The position numbers and the translations under genes were made by a program. Below are positions 9,068-18,554 of a stretch of 64,000 nt of DNA, in pieces. Location: positions 151,282 to 215,281 of the forward strand of contig JAKBJL010000002.1 of NCBI GenBank assembly GCA_021836035.1, read 5' to 3'. Every line of letters starts with the position of its first letter. Position 1 is the first letter of the stretch. The stretch is from a bacterium. Lineage in GTDB: Bacteria > Patescibacteriota > Microgenomatia > JAMCZE01. The notes beneath the pieces are model-generated. The model was not told the origin of the DNA, searched no databases, and worked only from the letters and a program-made list of their open reading frames with translations.

Positions 9068-9289
9068 TTATATTGGTGATTCCGTTAAGATCTTCTTGAA
9101 ACTGCCGTTTATTTCCAGGTTGGTTTTTTTAATATGGCGGATGGTAATTTGGGTTATTACTCCGTCCTGAACATAAATTTCCACACTCCCGAAAGATACT
9201 GTCTCCAAAGCTTTGCGTAATTCCTCCAGGGATTCCCCGGTATGCCGGGCCGGGGTTTTTTTAAACTTGCTGCTTAAGGCAGTACTCAT
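9068..9289 (-). CDS. DUF2292 / YezD-family small protein
   Basis: LETVSFGSVEIYVQDGVITQI matches the YezD pattern. Confidence 0.85.
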   Translation of the reverse strand: MSTALSSKFKKTPARHTGESLEELRKALETVSFGSVEIYVQDGVITQITIRHIKKTNLEINGSFKKILTESPI

Positions 9290-9290
9290 A

Positions 9291-9911
9291 TTAAAAATTC
9301 AGGGGAATACGCTGCTTTTCCCCGTCTATTTCGCCGATCTGCAAGATAAAATTTTTATCGGTAGTATTTACCGGGAAACCGATCCGGGTATCTTTTGTCG
9401 AGATCGGCTGGATAGTAATGGGATCGTTATGAATATCCGCCGCGTACCATTGGCTTTCGTCACCGTTTACCGCTAAGCGGACATAATCCCGGGTATTCAT
9501 GGTTATCTCCTTGCTTGTATTGTTCACGACATGCAACGAGAGGATAAGAAAAGTCCGGCCCTGAATCGCGGTAGCTTTTTGGCCTTTAACGATAATCTGG
9601 TCGCGCAATTCCGCCGTATCTAAAACATAGCTAACCGTTGCCGCAACGTTTCCTTTGCTGTCCCGGATAGGGAAATCAAAAGAACGGTTAATCTTGGTGG
9701 TAGCTTGGGCTGCAGCAAGATTTACCTGGTCATTTGCGGGCTTTTTGGCGGAGGCGCTTTGAACAATATTCCTGGCCCAAATACCGGCCCCGGCGACAAT
9801 CAAAACCAGGAGAGCAATCGGCAGCGCTTTCCTTAATATCCGGCGTCCGCCGGTTCTGAACCGGACAGTTGCTTTTCCCCCCAGAGGATAATTGCCATTA
9901 TCGGGATTCAT
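9291..9911 (-). CDS. Membrane-anchored exported hypothetical protein, probable Ig-like (DUF4352-like) fold
   Basis: N-terminal TM; beta-rich domain FLILSLHVVN..PITIQPISTKDTRIGF. Confidence 0.75.
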   Translation of the reverse strand: MNPDNGNYPLGGKATVRFRTGGRRILRKALPIALLVLIVAGAGIWARNIVQSASAKKPANDQVNLAAAQATTKINRSFDFPIRDSKGNVAATVSYVLDTAELRDQIIVKGQKATAIQGRTFLILSLHVVNNTSKEITMNTRDYVRLAVNGDESQWYAADIHNDPITIQPISTKDTRIGFPVNTTDKNFILQIGEIDGEKQRIPLNF

Positions 9912-10420
9912 ATGTTCACGCTCGCTCCTCCTCCGCTAGCCTTAGTTATCGAGATGCCAATTGTTACCGGAGCGGCAGCCTCTTTTTGGGAAATCGCCAC
10001 GGAAATGTTCTGCCGACTGTCCGCCCCCACCAGCTTATTCATCACCTTGCCGTTTGCTTTCGTTTGAATAAAAGTTTTGACATTCATATTCAGGGCCGTA
10101 ATTTTTTGCTTGTACCAATCGGTCACGGCGTCGGCGCGATCATTACTGGTGAAGCTCAGGCCGGAAACGCTTTCCCCAACTTGTACTGCGCCGGGATAAC
10201 GCCAGGGACCATAATCCGGTCCGGCAGGATCCGCTGATACCGCCGGAGAAGGCAGAGGCCGAGAAATATTTTTTTCCGGCTTAGGGATTATCAATCCGGG
10301 GATAGGAGCCGGGGAACTTACGGGCGGGAGAACGGGTTTTCTGACGGCAACTGGGGATTGTCCGGTAAGGACGCTTAAAAGGGTGGTTAAAAGAGTGATG
10401 ATTGCCGTAAGAACAGACAT
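9908..10420 (-). CDS. Exported hypothetical protein with Pro-rich linker
   Basis: Hydrophobic N-terminus; ATGA overlap with next gene. Confidence 0.75.
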   Translation of the reverse strand: MSVLTAIITLLTTLLSVLTGQSPVAVRKPVLPPVSSPAPIPGLIIPKPEKNISRPLPSPAVSADPAGPDYGPWRYPGAVQVGESVSGLSFTSNDRADAVTDWYKQKITALNMNVKTFIQTKANGKVMNKLVGADSRQNISVAISQKEAAAPVTIGISITKASGGGASVNI

Positions 10421-10502
10421 TGATAAAGACCTTAGGCCTCTATAGGATTAGCTCTAATAATTGGCTATCCGTGTGTCTATCCCGAAATAAGCGGGCAAGA
10501 AT

Positions 10503-10805
10503 TCAGTAAGTAGGAAGAACCACTTGTTTTCCGGAGATTAGTTTCCCGTTAACCGGAATTTGCAGAGCAAAACCTAAGGCGTTGGCGATCGCTACCCCTA
10601 CCCGCAAACCGGTAAAAGAACCCGGGCCAGTAGCTACCTCGATTTCCGTAATATCCTGCAGGGTAAGATCCTGCATATCCAGTAGCTCTTTAATCATCGG
10701 CAAGACTACCTGCGAGCGCCAAACGGAAGAGTCTTTGACCGTTTCTTTTTCCCCAAGCCATATAATAGTTTTTTGGTTGGAAGAAGTGTCAATAAACAGT
10801 TGCAT
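10503..10805 (-). CDS. tsaB: tRNA t6A modification protein TsaB (miniaturised, 100 aa)
   Basis: LFIDTS; GPGSFTGLRVGVAIANAL. Confidence 0.9.
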   Translation of the reverse strand: MQLFIDTSSNQKTIIWLGEKETVKDSSVWRSQVVLPMIKELLDMQDLTLQDITEIEVATGPGSFTGLRVGVAIANALGFALQIPVNGKLISGKQVVLPTY

Positions 10806-10810
10806 GCTTT

Positions 10811-12808
10811 TTACTTCCCAAAATTGGCAATAACCTGGGACAAATCGAAGATAGAATAATTACTTCCAAAATAATTTAAAACGATTCTTAGGTCATTAAT
10901 GTCTACCTTGCCGTCACCATTAAAATCGCCGCCTAGGGGAGACGGAGACGGCGAGCCCGGATTGGCCACTAAGCTATATAAAGCCGCGACTTCAGCAGGA
11001 TTTAGCGCACGATTATAGATTCTAACTTCATCGACAAAACCATTGTAATGTCGATTATAAGCAAGGTAGGGATGGGTACCGATTTTAAACTGCGCCCCAA
11101 GCGTTTGACTAGGAAGGCCAACCGCCGTCCCGGTTTTTGCTAAGGCGCCGTTAATATATAAGTTATAAATATTATTGGTATAATCATTAACTACTACCAG
11201 ATGCGTCCAGTTCTTCAAATCGTAAGAATAAGAATTAACCCGGCTACCATCACCACCTGATAAACTGATTTCATATCCGTTAGAAGTTGGATCATATATA
11301 AGTTCGTATGAAGCGTTATTATTTGTGCCTCCCCGTGCTTGAGCCAAGATATCCTGCCAGTTACCACCGGTGTCATCTGCTTTAACCCACAAAGAATAAG
11401 AAAAGGTGGGATTAGTAGCGTTAATCATCTGAACGGGTATATTAATATTTTGTCCTGTTCCGTTAAAATAGCCACTATTACCGGAGACACCGACCACTCC
11501 TCCGACAGGGCCGGTACCAGCCGGGCAAGACATACCGTTGTATCCGTTGTTTGAAAAATCTATTACAGTAGGGGTCTGGCAATCATTTATCCACGAACTT
11601 TCATCCATCTTCCAATAACCCGCTAATCCCCGATTAAGATCAACCTGAGCCGGGGTTGGTATAGGCGTAGGACTGGGGTGAATATCATTCGTCCAGGCAT
11701 TTTGAACATTTTTAATAACATTAAAGTTACCTTCAATCGTCGGATCATCATGAATTTGTTGTAATGTCTTACCGAGAAATGAGGTCTCTAAATTAGAAAC
11801 AGCGCTATCTATTTGCGAAGAGCTTGTGCCGATATTATTTTTAAAATCATTAAGGGTCCACGTGCTAAAATTTGTACCGAAAACCGGGTTAACTCCGCCG
11901 ACAAAGACATTGCCGCTAGCCGAAACTCCGGGGAGAGAAGGCAAAGTACTGTTAAGAAAATTTACCGGACCGACCAGGTTGTTGTTGAAAATATAGGAAG
12001 AGGTATAAGGAGGACAATCCGTACCCGTAGAAAAATTGAGAGTTCCCGAATGGTTAGAAATATTCGTACTCCAAAAGATATTTTTGTATGCTTGATGGTT
12101 AAGACCATTCAAGACCAAACTCGCCCAGGAATCAGCGATAAAATTATTACGGATAGTAGTATAGTTTGGCCCATGCCAAAGATGGATACTATATCCTGAA
12201 TTATCAACAAAAATATTCCCATCTATTAAAGTCCCATCAGTTGCCTGCGAAACGGCACAATTATTAATATAAATGGGGTGGTAATATGGAGCACTGCCAT
12301 CAAAAATAAAGCGGTTGTTAATATATTTATTTCTCATATGTGTTCCTTCATTTACCCCACCAAAATAATTAAATAAGGTTAAACCGACTAGCTCCACATC
12401 ATTACCGTGTTGAAAAACATGGTCATATGTGTCTTTTACGGGCGAGCCGAACCAAAGACCCGCTACATGGACAAAACCTCCCACCAGGACATTCGGCGGA
12501 TGCCCTGCTACATCGGTAATAATCGGCCTGGCTCCTGTATCAGCATAAACATACGATCTTGTTGTTGTGCTGGATGGACCAAGGTTTAACCAACCGTTAT
12601 TCACGGTATCAATGGAATAAATTCCGTCTTTCAAAATCAGGGTATCTCCAGGAACCATTTTGGAATTGCCGGTACCAAGATCGTAGGGGTTGTTGCTAGA
12701 GCCATCCCCCGAAGAAGATCCGCTTGGCGAGACAAAATATGTGGCCGCCAATGTCGGTTTAGTTGCCCAAAAAAACAGGCAGATAATAATTAATATAATT
12801 CTTTTCAT
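10811..12808 (-). CDS. Secreted right-handed beta-helix protein with LamG-like domain and C-terminal dockerin-like motif
   Basis: ATYFVSPSG..PGDTLILKDGIY; LAGYWKMDE..VDEVRIYNRAL; GDFNGDGKVDIND. Confidence 0.9.
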   Translation of the reverse strand: MKRIILIIICLFFWATKPTLAATYFVSPSGSSSGDGSSNNPYDLGTGNSKMVPGDTLILKDGIYSIDTVNNGWLNLGPSSTTTRSYVYADTGARPIITDVAGHPPNVLVGGFVHVAGLWFGSPVKDTYDHVFQHGNDVELVGLTLFNYFGGVNEGTHMRNKYINNRFIFDGSAPYYHPIYINNCAVSQATDGTLIDGNIFVDNSGYSIHLWHGPNYTTIRNNFIADSWASLVLNGLNHQAYKNIFWSTNISNHSGTLNFSTGTDCPPYTSSYIFNNNLVGPVNFLNSTLPSLPGVSASGNVFVGGVNPVFGTNFSTWTLNDFKNNIGTSSSQIDSAVSNLETSFLGKTLQQIHDDPTIEGNFNVIKNVQNAWTNDIHPSPTPIPTPAQVDLNRGLAGYWKMDESSWINDCQTPTVIDFSNNGYNGMSCPAGTGPVGGVVGVSGNSGYFNGTGQNINIPVQMINATNPTFSYSLWVKADDTGGNWQDILAQARGGTNNNASYELIYDPTSNGYEISLSGGDGSRVNSYSYDLKNWTHLVVVNDYTNNIYNLYINGALAKTGTAVGLPSQTLGAQFKIGTHPYLAYNRHYNGFVDEVRIYNRALNPAEVAALYSLVANPGSPSPSPLGGDFNGDGKVDINDLRIVLNYFGSNYSIFDLSQVIANFGK

Positions 12809-12846
12809 TTCCCAAAATTAGTAATCACTTTGGATAAATCAAAAAT
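12802..12846. repeat. 45-bp perfect direct repeat at gene junction, copy 1
   Basis: TTTTCATTTCCCAAAATTAGTAATCACTTTGGATAAATCAAAAAT, identical to 14094-14138. Confidence 0.9.
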
Positions 12847-14100
12847 TGTATATGGGGTATCAAAACCTATAAGAGCAATTTTCATATCGTTTATATCTAC
12901 ATAACCGTCTCGATTAAGGTCTCCAGGAATTAAGCCTGCTCCTGCCCAGGCGTCCTGAACAGCTGAAATAATTTTGAAGTTGCTTTCAATCGCTTGGTCG
13001 TCATGGATTTGTTGGAGGGTTTTGCCGGTAAAGGAGTTTTCAATATTGGCAATGACCGTATCCAACTCCGGACCGGAAACTCCTAGTCGGGCGGGAACAT
13101 CGTTTAGGGTTAAAGTCTTTTGATTGTTGCCAAAACCTGGAATATTAACAAAATAATTGTCATCAATAATTACCTGAGGATCATAACTCGTCATCGGAGA
13201 AACCAATCGATTGGCATTGTTTGGGCCTAAAAAATTATGGCGGAAAGTAAAAACATTTTTGCCGTTGTTGGCATCCTGTGGCGGCGGCCAATATTCATTA
13301 TCTGTCGGTAACCAGAGGGCTACATTTTGCCAGCCGCCCGAGCTCCATAAGATATCATCTTGGACACTATTACCTTTGCCCTGAACAACAATACCATAGC
13401 AGACATCACCATAGAAATTATTATGGACGGTGACATAACCAGGATTGTGCCAAAGGTGGGTAGCATAGCCCCCTTCAAAACTCAGAGGCTTTCCGATGTG
13501 GATATTTTTCTCGATTAAAGCACCTTCCCCGGGTTTGGCCATCATATTATTAATATAGATTGAATGGCCCCGGTTATCATGGCCTGAGCGGATAAAACGG
13601 TTGCCGATATATTTGTTTCTCGTACTGCCTCCTTCATTAAGACCGCCAAAATAATTAAAATAGGTATTATTGACTAGCTCAACGTCATTACCGTTTTGGA
13701 TCACGTATTCTGCCGTATCCTTACTAGGCGTCCCGAACCACAAACTTTCCACCCTGGTGAAAGAATTGGTGAAAACATTCGGAGTATGGACGGCAATATC
13801 AGTAATAATTGGTCTCGCATTGATGTCAGCCTTGACAATTGATCTCACTGTGGAACCTGATGGTCCCAAAAACAGCCAACCGCGGTTGACCGTATCTACA
13901 GCGTAGATGCCGTCTTTAAGAATTAAGGTATCCCCCGGTCGCATCCGGGAATTACCGGTCAGTAAATCCCAAGGATTGGACATAGAACCATCGCCCGTTG
14001 AAGAACCGGAAGGAGAAACATAATAGTCAGCGGCAAAGGTTGGGGAAGCAAAGATGCCAAAAACAAAAATAATAGCTAAAAGGAAAAGTATTTTTTTCAT
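12805..14100 (-). CDS. Secreted beta-helix protein with dockerin-like tail (paralog)
   Basis: ADYYVSPSG..PGDTLILKDGIY; GDLNRDGYVDIND. Confidence 0.9.
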   Translation of the reverse strand: MKKILFLLAIIFVFGIFASPTFAADYYVSPSGSSTGDGSMSNPWDLLTGNSRMRPGDTLILKDGIYAVDTVNRGWLFLGPSGSTVRSIVKADINARPIITDIAVHTPNVFTNSFTRVESLWFGTPSKDTAEYVIQNGNDVELVNNTYFNYFGGLNEGGSTRNKYIGNRFIRSGHDNRGHSIYINNMMAKPGEGALIEKNIHIGKPLSFEGGYATHLWHNPGYVTVHNNFYGDVCYGIVVQGKGNSVQDDILWSSGGWQNVALWLPTDNEYWPPPQDANNGKNVFTFRHNFLGPNNANRLVSPMTSYDPQVIIDDNYFVNIPGFGNNQKTLTLNDVPARLGVSGPELDTVIANIENSFTGKTLQQIHDDQAIESNFKIISAVQDAWAGAGLIPGDLNRDGYVDINDMKIALIGFDTPYTIFDLSKVITNFGK

Positions 14101-14138
14101 TTCCCAAAATTAGTAATCACTTTGGATAAATCAAAAAT
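14094..14138. repeat. 45-bp perfect direct repeat at gene junction, copy 2
   Basis: Identical to 12802-12846. Confidence 0.9.
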
Positions 14139-15494
14139 AGAATAGGGATTATTAAAATCGATTAGAACTTTTCTGATATCCATGATATCCACTTTACCGT
14201 CCTGATTCAAATCCCCGGCTAAATTAACAGTTTGAGATATAAAAGCGCCTAAATTCTTACCATCACTGCCAGCATTACTTGCCAAACTACCAGGTAATAA
14301 ACGGAAATCTCCGGCAGCGGCGTTAACAAACAGGGGATCAAAATGCATGGTATGTACCCCCAAAGTATTATTATGCTGGACAAAGTAAGGAGAAATCCCG
14401 TAATTATCAGCCGAAGTAAAATAATCGTCATAGTCGTCGGTATTATACTGAGGATAAGAGTTCATCGAACCGCCAGAATCATAGTCAAGATTATTGCTGC
14501 CATTAAAGACAAACAAATTATTTTTAACGTTATTATAGGCGGCGCCCTCACGAAAATAAAATATTCCCCGGGCGTTGCTGACCGAGGTGTTGTTGAAAAC
14601 CTGGTTGTGGTCGCCGGCGATAATAATTCCACCGGCCCCGTTGCCAAAAGTAATATTTCGTGATAATACCTGCCCGGTGGGATTGCTGTAGGAATGAATG
14701 CCGTAACCGGCATTGTTAAAAATTATATTCCCGTCCACGGTAAAATAACTGGCCGGAACGTAAATCCCGTGGTCGGTGCCCTGGGTTCCGTTTTCAAAAA
14801 CGATATTGCCCTGAATTAGGGCATTTGTTCCACCATGTCCTTCCTCCTTAATCCCACAATGGAGATGATTATAAACGACATTATTAGAAATACGATCTCC
14901 TTGGCCGGCACCATTGAAAAAGATAATACCGACATCACTGTAAGTCTCCTGTGCTGGAGCTCCGGGATATCCCCGATAACCTTCAACAACAAAACCATTG
15001 AACCATACATAGTAAGCGCTGTTCCCCTGGAGGGTAACAATCGGGCCGGCAAGGTAATTATCGGGTGGAAGTATTTTTACTTTTCCTAAGTCACCCGGTG
15101 CGGAACTGATTACCAGAGGATTACTATCACTGGTCCCACCCTTCTGGATTAAGACAGTTTGTTTATAAATTCCGGCAGTGACATAAATAATATCTCCGGC
15201 AGAAGCAACAGCAATTCCTTTATTAATAGTCGCAAAAGGTGATGTTTGAGTTCCAGAGTAATTATCGTTGCCTTTGGCTGATACCCAATAAACTTTTCCC
15301 GCTGTAGGGAAATTTAACTCCGGAACTACCGGGCGGACCAAATTCCAGGTACCACGATCATAAGAAACGGTAATTGTTCTTTGATCAGGAGAGAAGTAAA
15401 TATCAGGGGTCGAATAAGCTTCAGCTATGGGTGTTTTAATTAAAGATAGAAAGGCTGCAAGCAGGAAAACGCCATATTTTAAAATTTGTTTCAC
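14097..15494 (-). CDS. Secreted DUF1565/beta-helix protein with dockerin-like tail
   Basis: Start reassigned to GTG 15494 (signal MKQILKYGVFLLAAFLSLIKTPIAEA); YWVSAKGND..PFATI; GDLNQDGKVDIMD. Confidence 0.85.
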   Translation of the reverse strand: MKQILKYGVFLLAAFLSLIKTPIAEAYSTPDIYFSPDQRTITVSYDRGTWNLVRPVVPELNFPTAGKVYWVSAKGNDNYSGTQTSPFATINKGIAVASAGDIIYVTAGIYKQTVLIQKGGTSDSNPLVISSAPGDLGKVKILPPDNYLAGPIVTLQGNSAYYVWFNGFVVEGYRGYPGAPAQETYSDVGIIFFNGAGQGDRISNNVVYNHLHCGIKEEGHGGTNALIQGNIVFENGTQGTDHGIYVPASYFTVDGNIIFNNAGYGIHSYSNPTGQVLSRNITFGNGAGGIIIAGDHNQVFNNTSVSNARGIFYFREGAAYNNVKNNLFVFNGSNNLDYDSGGSMNSYPQYNTDDYDDYFTSADNYGISPYFVQHNNTLGVHTMHFDPLFVNAAAGDFRLLPGSLASNAGSDGKNLGAFISQTVNLAGDLNQDGKVDIMDIRKVLIDFNNPYSIFDLSKVITNFGK

Positions 15495-15613
15495 GCTCAA
15501 AAATACCCGCAAAATGGCAGGTAAATACCAGCTTAAGATTAACATAAATTTGGTAAATCTAGAATGAGGGGCCCGCTTTTTTGCTTTACGAAACTGGAGA
15601 TACTGCCTGCCGA

Positions 15614-16051
15614 TTATTTCCCGATTCTGGTAATTAATATTTCTCTGGTATTTTCTCCTTCGGTTGTTATTCCAATTTCCCATCTTTTTTCGGGCAAAAA
15701 ACCCTCAATTTTTTCCGGCCACTCAATCAGGACAATATTTTTCGGATCCTGCCAAAGTTCCTCAATACCAACGGCTTTAATATCGTCGACGGAAGTCAAG
15801 CGATATAAATCCACATGCCATAAATAAGCCAATTTAACACAGCGGATAACGGATAGCAGGTAGCGTCTGGTGATAACGAATGTTGGGCTGACAAGCCGGG
15901 ATTTAATTCCTAAACCTTCCGCAACCCCCTGAACAAAAGTAGTTTTACCGACGCCCAGATCACCGTAAAGAGCCACTACTCCTCCGCTTTTAATCTTTCT
16001 GGCAAATTCACTCCCCAATTTCCGGGTTTCCCTGGCCGAGCTGGTTACCAT
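15614..16051 (-). CDS. tsaE: tRNA t6A biosynthesis ATPase TsaE
   Basis: GDLGVGKTTF, SPTF, HVDLYRL, IEWPE. Confidence 0.95.
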   Translation of the reverse strand: MVTSSARETRKLGSEFARKIKSGGVVALYGDLGVGKTTFVQGVAEGLGIKSRLVSPTFVITRRYLLSVIRCVKLAYLWHVDLYRLTSVDDIKAVGIEELWQDPKNIVLIEWPEKIEGFLPEKRWEIGITTEGENTREILITRIGK

Positions 16052-16117
16052 AGAAATATTTTACTATGAAAAACCTAACTGATCCCAGGCAAGTCAAAGC
16101 AGCCCCAATCAGAACAG

Positions 16118-16486
16118 TTGGTAAGTTTTAGTTTTTGCCGCTGCCGTTTCTACCCCGACAACGCTGACCGTTACCTTCTGCCGCTTCTTTCCCTCGGGGT
16201 ATCTACTCCGACAATTGTTGCTAAATCCTCGCTGTTAGCCGCCACTTTTTCGTCCAATTTTTCTATTTCTGATCCGGTAACGGAAGATTTACCGGTGTGG
16301 GAACGGGCATTGATTTCACCGCTGTCGACATCGGTAATTACTACATTAGCGCATAAATCGGATAGAAAAACCGAAAAGATACCGGTAACCTTAGGCCTTT
16401 TACATTCCCAAATTGCCCACCAAGATTGGTATATCTATAACTTAGCAGGTGTCAACATTGCGGCAGCGATTAAGAGAAAATTTTAA
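16118..16486 (+). CDS. Hypothetical protein, start uncertain
   Basis: Only ORF filling the gap between tsaE and the convergent hydrolase. Confidence 0.35.
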   Translation: MVSFSFCRCRFYPDNADRYLLPLLSLGVSTPTIVAKSSLLAATFSSNFSISDPVTEDLPVWERALISPLSTSVITTLAHKSDRKTEKIPVTLGLLHSQIAHQDWYIYNLAGVNIAAAIKRKF

Positions 16487-17691
16487 TTTACGCGGACTAC
16501 ATTAATTACCGAAATATCGCTTAAAGAATATTTAGATTTAAAAGATAAATCATGGCCACTCTCAATATAGGGATCATTCATGATATAGTCATCGCCGTTC
16601 TTAGATTTAAAGACGATAAAATGATCAGGACCGCGGCCGATACCAATAATTACCGGATGCCCAGCTGCTAATTCTTCATCCAGTTTCCCGAAGTCGCGCC
16701 CATAATTTTCGCGACTAAAAGTTACGCCATCAATCTGCCAGGGTTTTAGAAGCATATAAGCTGTATCGGCAAAAAAGGCATCATATGCAGAAGCTACCTG
16801 CGAAGGCTTAACGTGATGACCATAATGACTAAGCACCATAGCCGAAGAGGTTACCAGACAACCGTACTCGGCAAGCGAATCGGCAGAGTGGCCGATCGGC
16901 ATCAGGCCCCACTCGGAATCCCGTTGGTTATAATAACACCCCCAATCATTACAACTGGTTTGACCTGATAAAAGGCTAAAGCCGCCGCGGCTGGTAACGA
17001 AGTTTCTAAACGCTGCCAATTGTGCCTCAGCCTGAGCTAATAATTGCTGATAGCGCGCCTCATCGCTGAGCGTATCATCAAGTAGCTTCTCTTTTTCTCT
17101 TTTTTGCTGTCCCAAGGAAAGGTTATAAGCATCAAGTTGTGCTTTTGCTTCTTCTTTCTTATCCTTCGCCTGCTGCAAATATTCCTTATTAAAATTGTAA
17201 GTTTGTCTTACTATGGTCGTATTTTTTAATATTTCCTGATCATGCTTTTGGACAATTTTAAGGTATTCGATATGAACCACGGCGCTTTCCAGATCGGTGG
17301 TAAAAAACAAAGGTGAGAGCCCTTTATTACTTGCTTCCTTATAATTGCTTACCATACGCGCTATCAAAACCTTCGAGGTTTGCGAGAGCTGGTCTTCTAA
17401 TTTCCCGATTGCTTCTGAGGTAGAAGAGATATTCTCTGTTAGTTTTAATAATTTATCCTTAGTAGTGGTAATTTGAGCTTGAGTTAACTGAATCTGGTTG
17501 TTCAGATAAGAAATACGGTTTGATAATGTTTTTTCTTGGTCTTTGGCAGCAGATATTTTTTGTGTCAGTTCGTCGATCTGTTTCTGACAGCTGTCAGCAT
17601 CGGTACAACTCTGCGCGTAAGTCTCCCCTGCAGCCGTAAAAGTAATTAACGGAAGTAAAGCTAACAAAATTAGCTTTTTAAATAACGCCAT
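16483..17691 (-). CDS. Coiled-coil plus C39-like cysteine peptidase (putative FtsEX-controlled cell-wall hydrolase)
   Basis: PcsB/CwlO-like coiled coil; YYNQRD..GCLVTSSAM..HFIV..MNDP. Confidence 0.85.
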   Translation of the reverse strand: MALFKKLILLALLPLITFTAAGETYAQSCTDADSCQKQIDELTQKISAAKDQEKTLSNRISYLNNQIQLTQAQITTTKDKLLKLTENISSTSEAIGKLEDQLSQTSKVLIARMVSNYKEASNKGLSPLFFTTDLESAVVHIEYLKIVQKHDQEILKNTTIVRQTYNFNKEYLQQAKDKKEEAKAQLDAYNLSLGQQKREKEKLLDDTLSDEARYQQLLAQAEAQLAAFRNFVTSRGGFSLLSGQTSCNDWGCYYNQRDSEWGLMPIGHSADSLAEYGCLVTSSAMVLSHYGHHVKPSQVASAYDAFFADTAYMLLKPWQIDGVTFSRENYGRDFGKLDEELAAGHPVIIGIGRGPDHFIVFKSKNGDDYIMNDPYIESGHDLSFKSKYSLSDISVINVVRVN

Positions 17692-18554
17692 ACGGAGAGG
17701 AAACTGCCGATAAATCCGATAAAAATCCCCAAGAGAATTTCGCCTAAACCCCAGATGAGAATATTGGGGGGGGTAATCGCAAAGGGAACGGCGAAATCGG
17801 TCAGTGCCGGAATTGTTCCCAGGGGATTAATCTGTTTAACGATGACAAAATAATAAGAAGCGCCCCAGGCAAAAAGTCCGGCAATTATTCCGTAAAACAT
17901 ACCCTCAAATATAAACGGCCAGCGTATTTGCCAAACGGAAGCCCCGACCAGGCGCATCACCCCGATCTCCTCTTTACGTAAGGCAATTTTTAAAGCAAAA
18001 ACAATGAGAAGCACCAGAATCGTTTCCAATAATAAAACGCTGACTAAAATTGTTCCCGAAAAACGGAGTGAGCGGACCCAATTGACCAAACCCTGGGTTT
18101 CTTCCTGTTGGAAAGCAACATCCTCAACAATCGGGGCGGCTTTCATAATTTTTACTACTTCCGGCAGATCCGCGGCATTGACCGCCGATACCTCCAGACT
18201 CGCCGGGAGAATCGTGGCGGTTACGAGTTCCACCAACAAGGGATCTTTTTGATTTTGTTCCTTATAGCGCTGCAGTGCTTCGTCTTTAGAAAGATAACGA
18301 GTGCTTTTTACTTTAACTGCCGCCTCAATTTCCTTTGTCAGAGAACTCACCTCCTCAGGTTTTGCCTCGTCCTTAAAGAAAGCAATTGCCTGGGGTCTCC
18401 CTTCTAAAGTCGTCAGCATTCTCTGGGCCGAGAGGGCGGAGAGAAAATAGACCGTACTGACAAAAAAAGCAATCGCCATCATGAGAATTGCCGCAAGACT
18501 TTGGTAGGGAGAACGGCGTAATCTTTGGGCAGTACTTTTTAAAGTTTGGTTCAT
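17670..18554 (-). CDS. ftsX: Cell division permease FtsX
   Basis: Four TM helices; RKEEIGVMRLVGAS..IRWPFIFEG. Confidence 0.93.
   Translation of the reverse strand: MNQTLKSTAQRLRRSPYQSLAAILMMAIAFFVSTVYFLSALSAQRMLTTLEGRPQAIAFFKDEAKPEEVSSLTKEIEAAVKVKSTRYLSKDEALQRYKEQNQKDPLLVELVTATILPASLEVSAVNAADLPEVVKIMKAAPIVEDVAFQQEETQGLVNWVRSLRFSGTILVSVLLLETILVLLIVFALKIALRKEEIGVMRLVGASVWQIRWPFIFEGMFYGIIAGLFAWGASYYFVIVKQINPLGTIPALTDFAVPFAITPPNILIWGLGEILLGIFIGFIGSFLSVWRYLKS

Noticed and set aside
10503-10805. tsaB as a pseudogene
   Set aside because: Core motifs are intact and short TsaB forms are typical of reduced CPR genomes
12802-14138. 45-bp repeats as CRISPR
   Set aside because: Only two copies, 1.3 kb apart, coding, with no cas genes
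15495-15683. N-terminal extension of the 528-aa ORF
   Set aside because: Overlaps tsaE and precedes the real signal peptide
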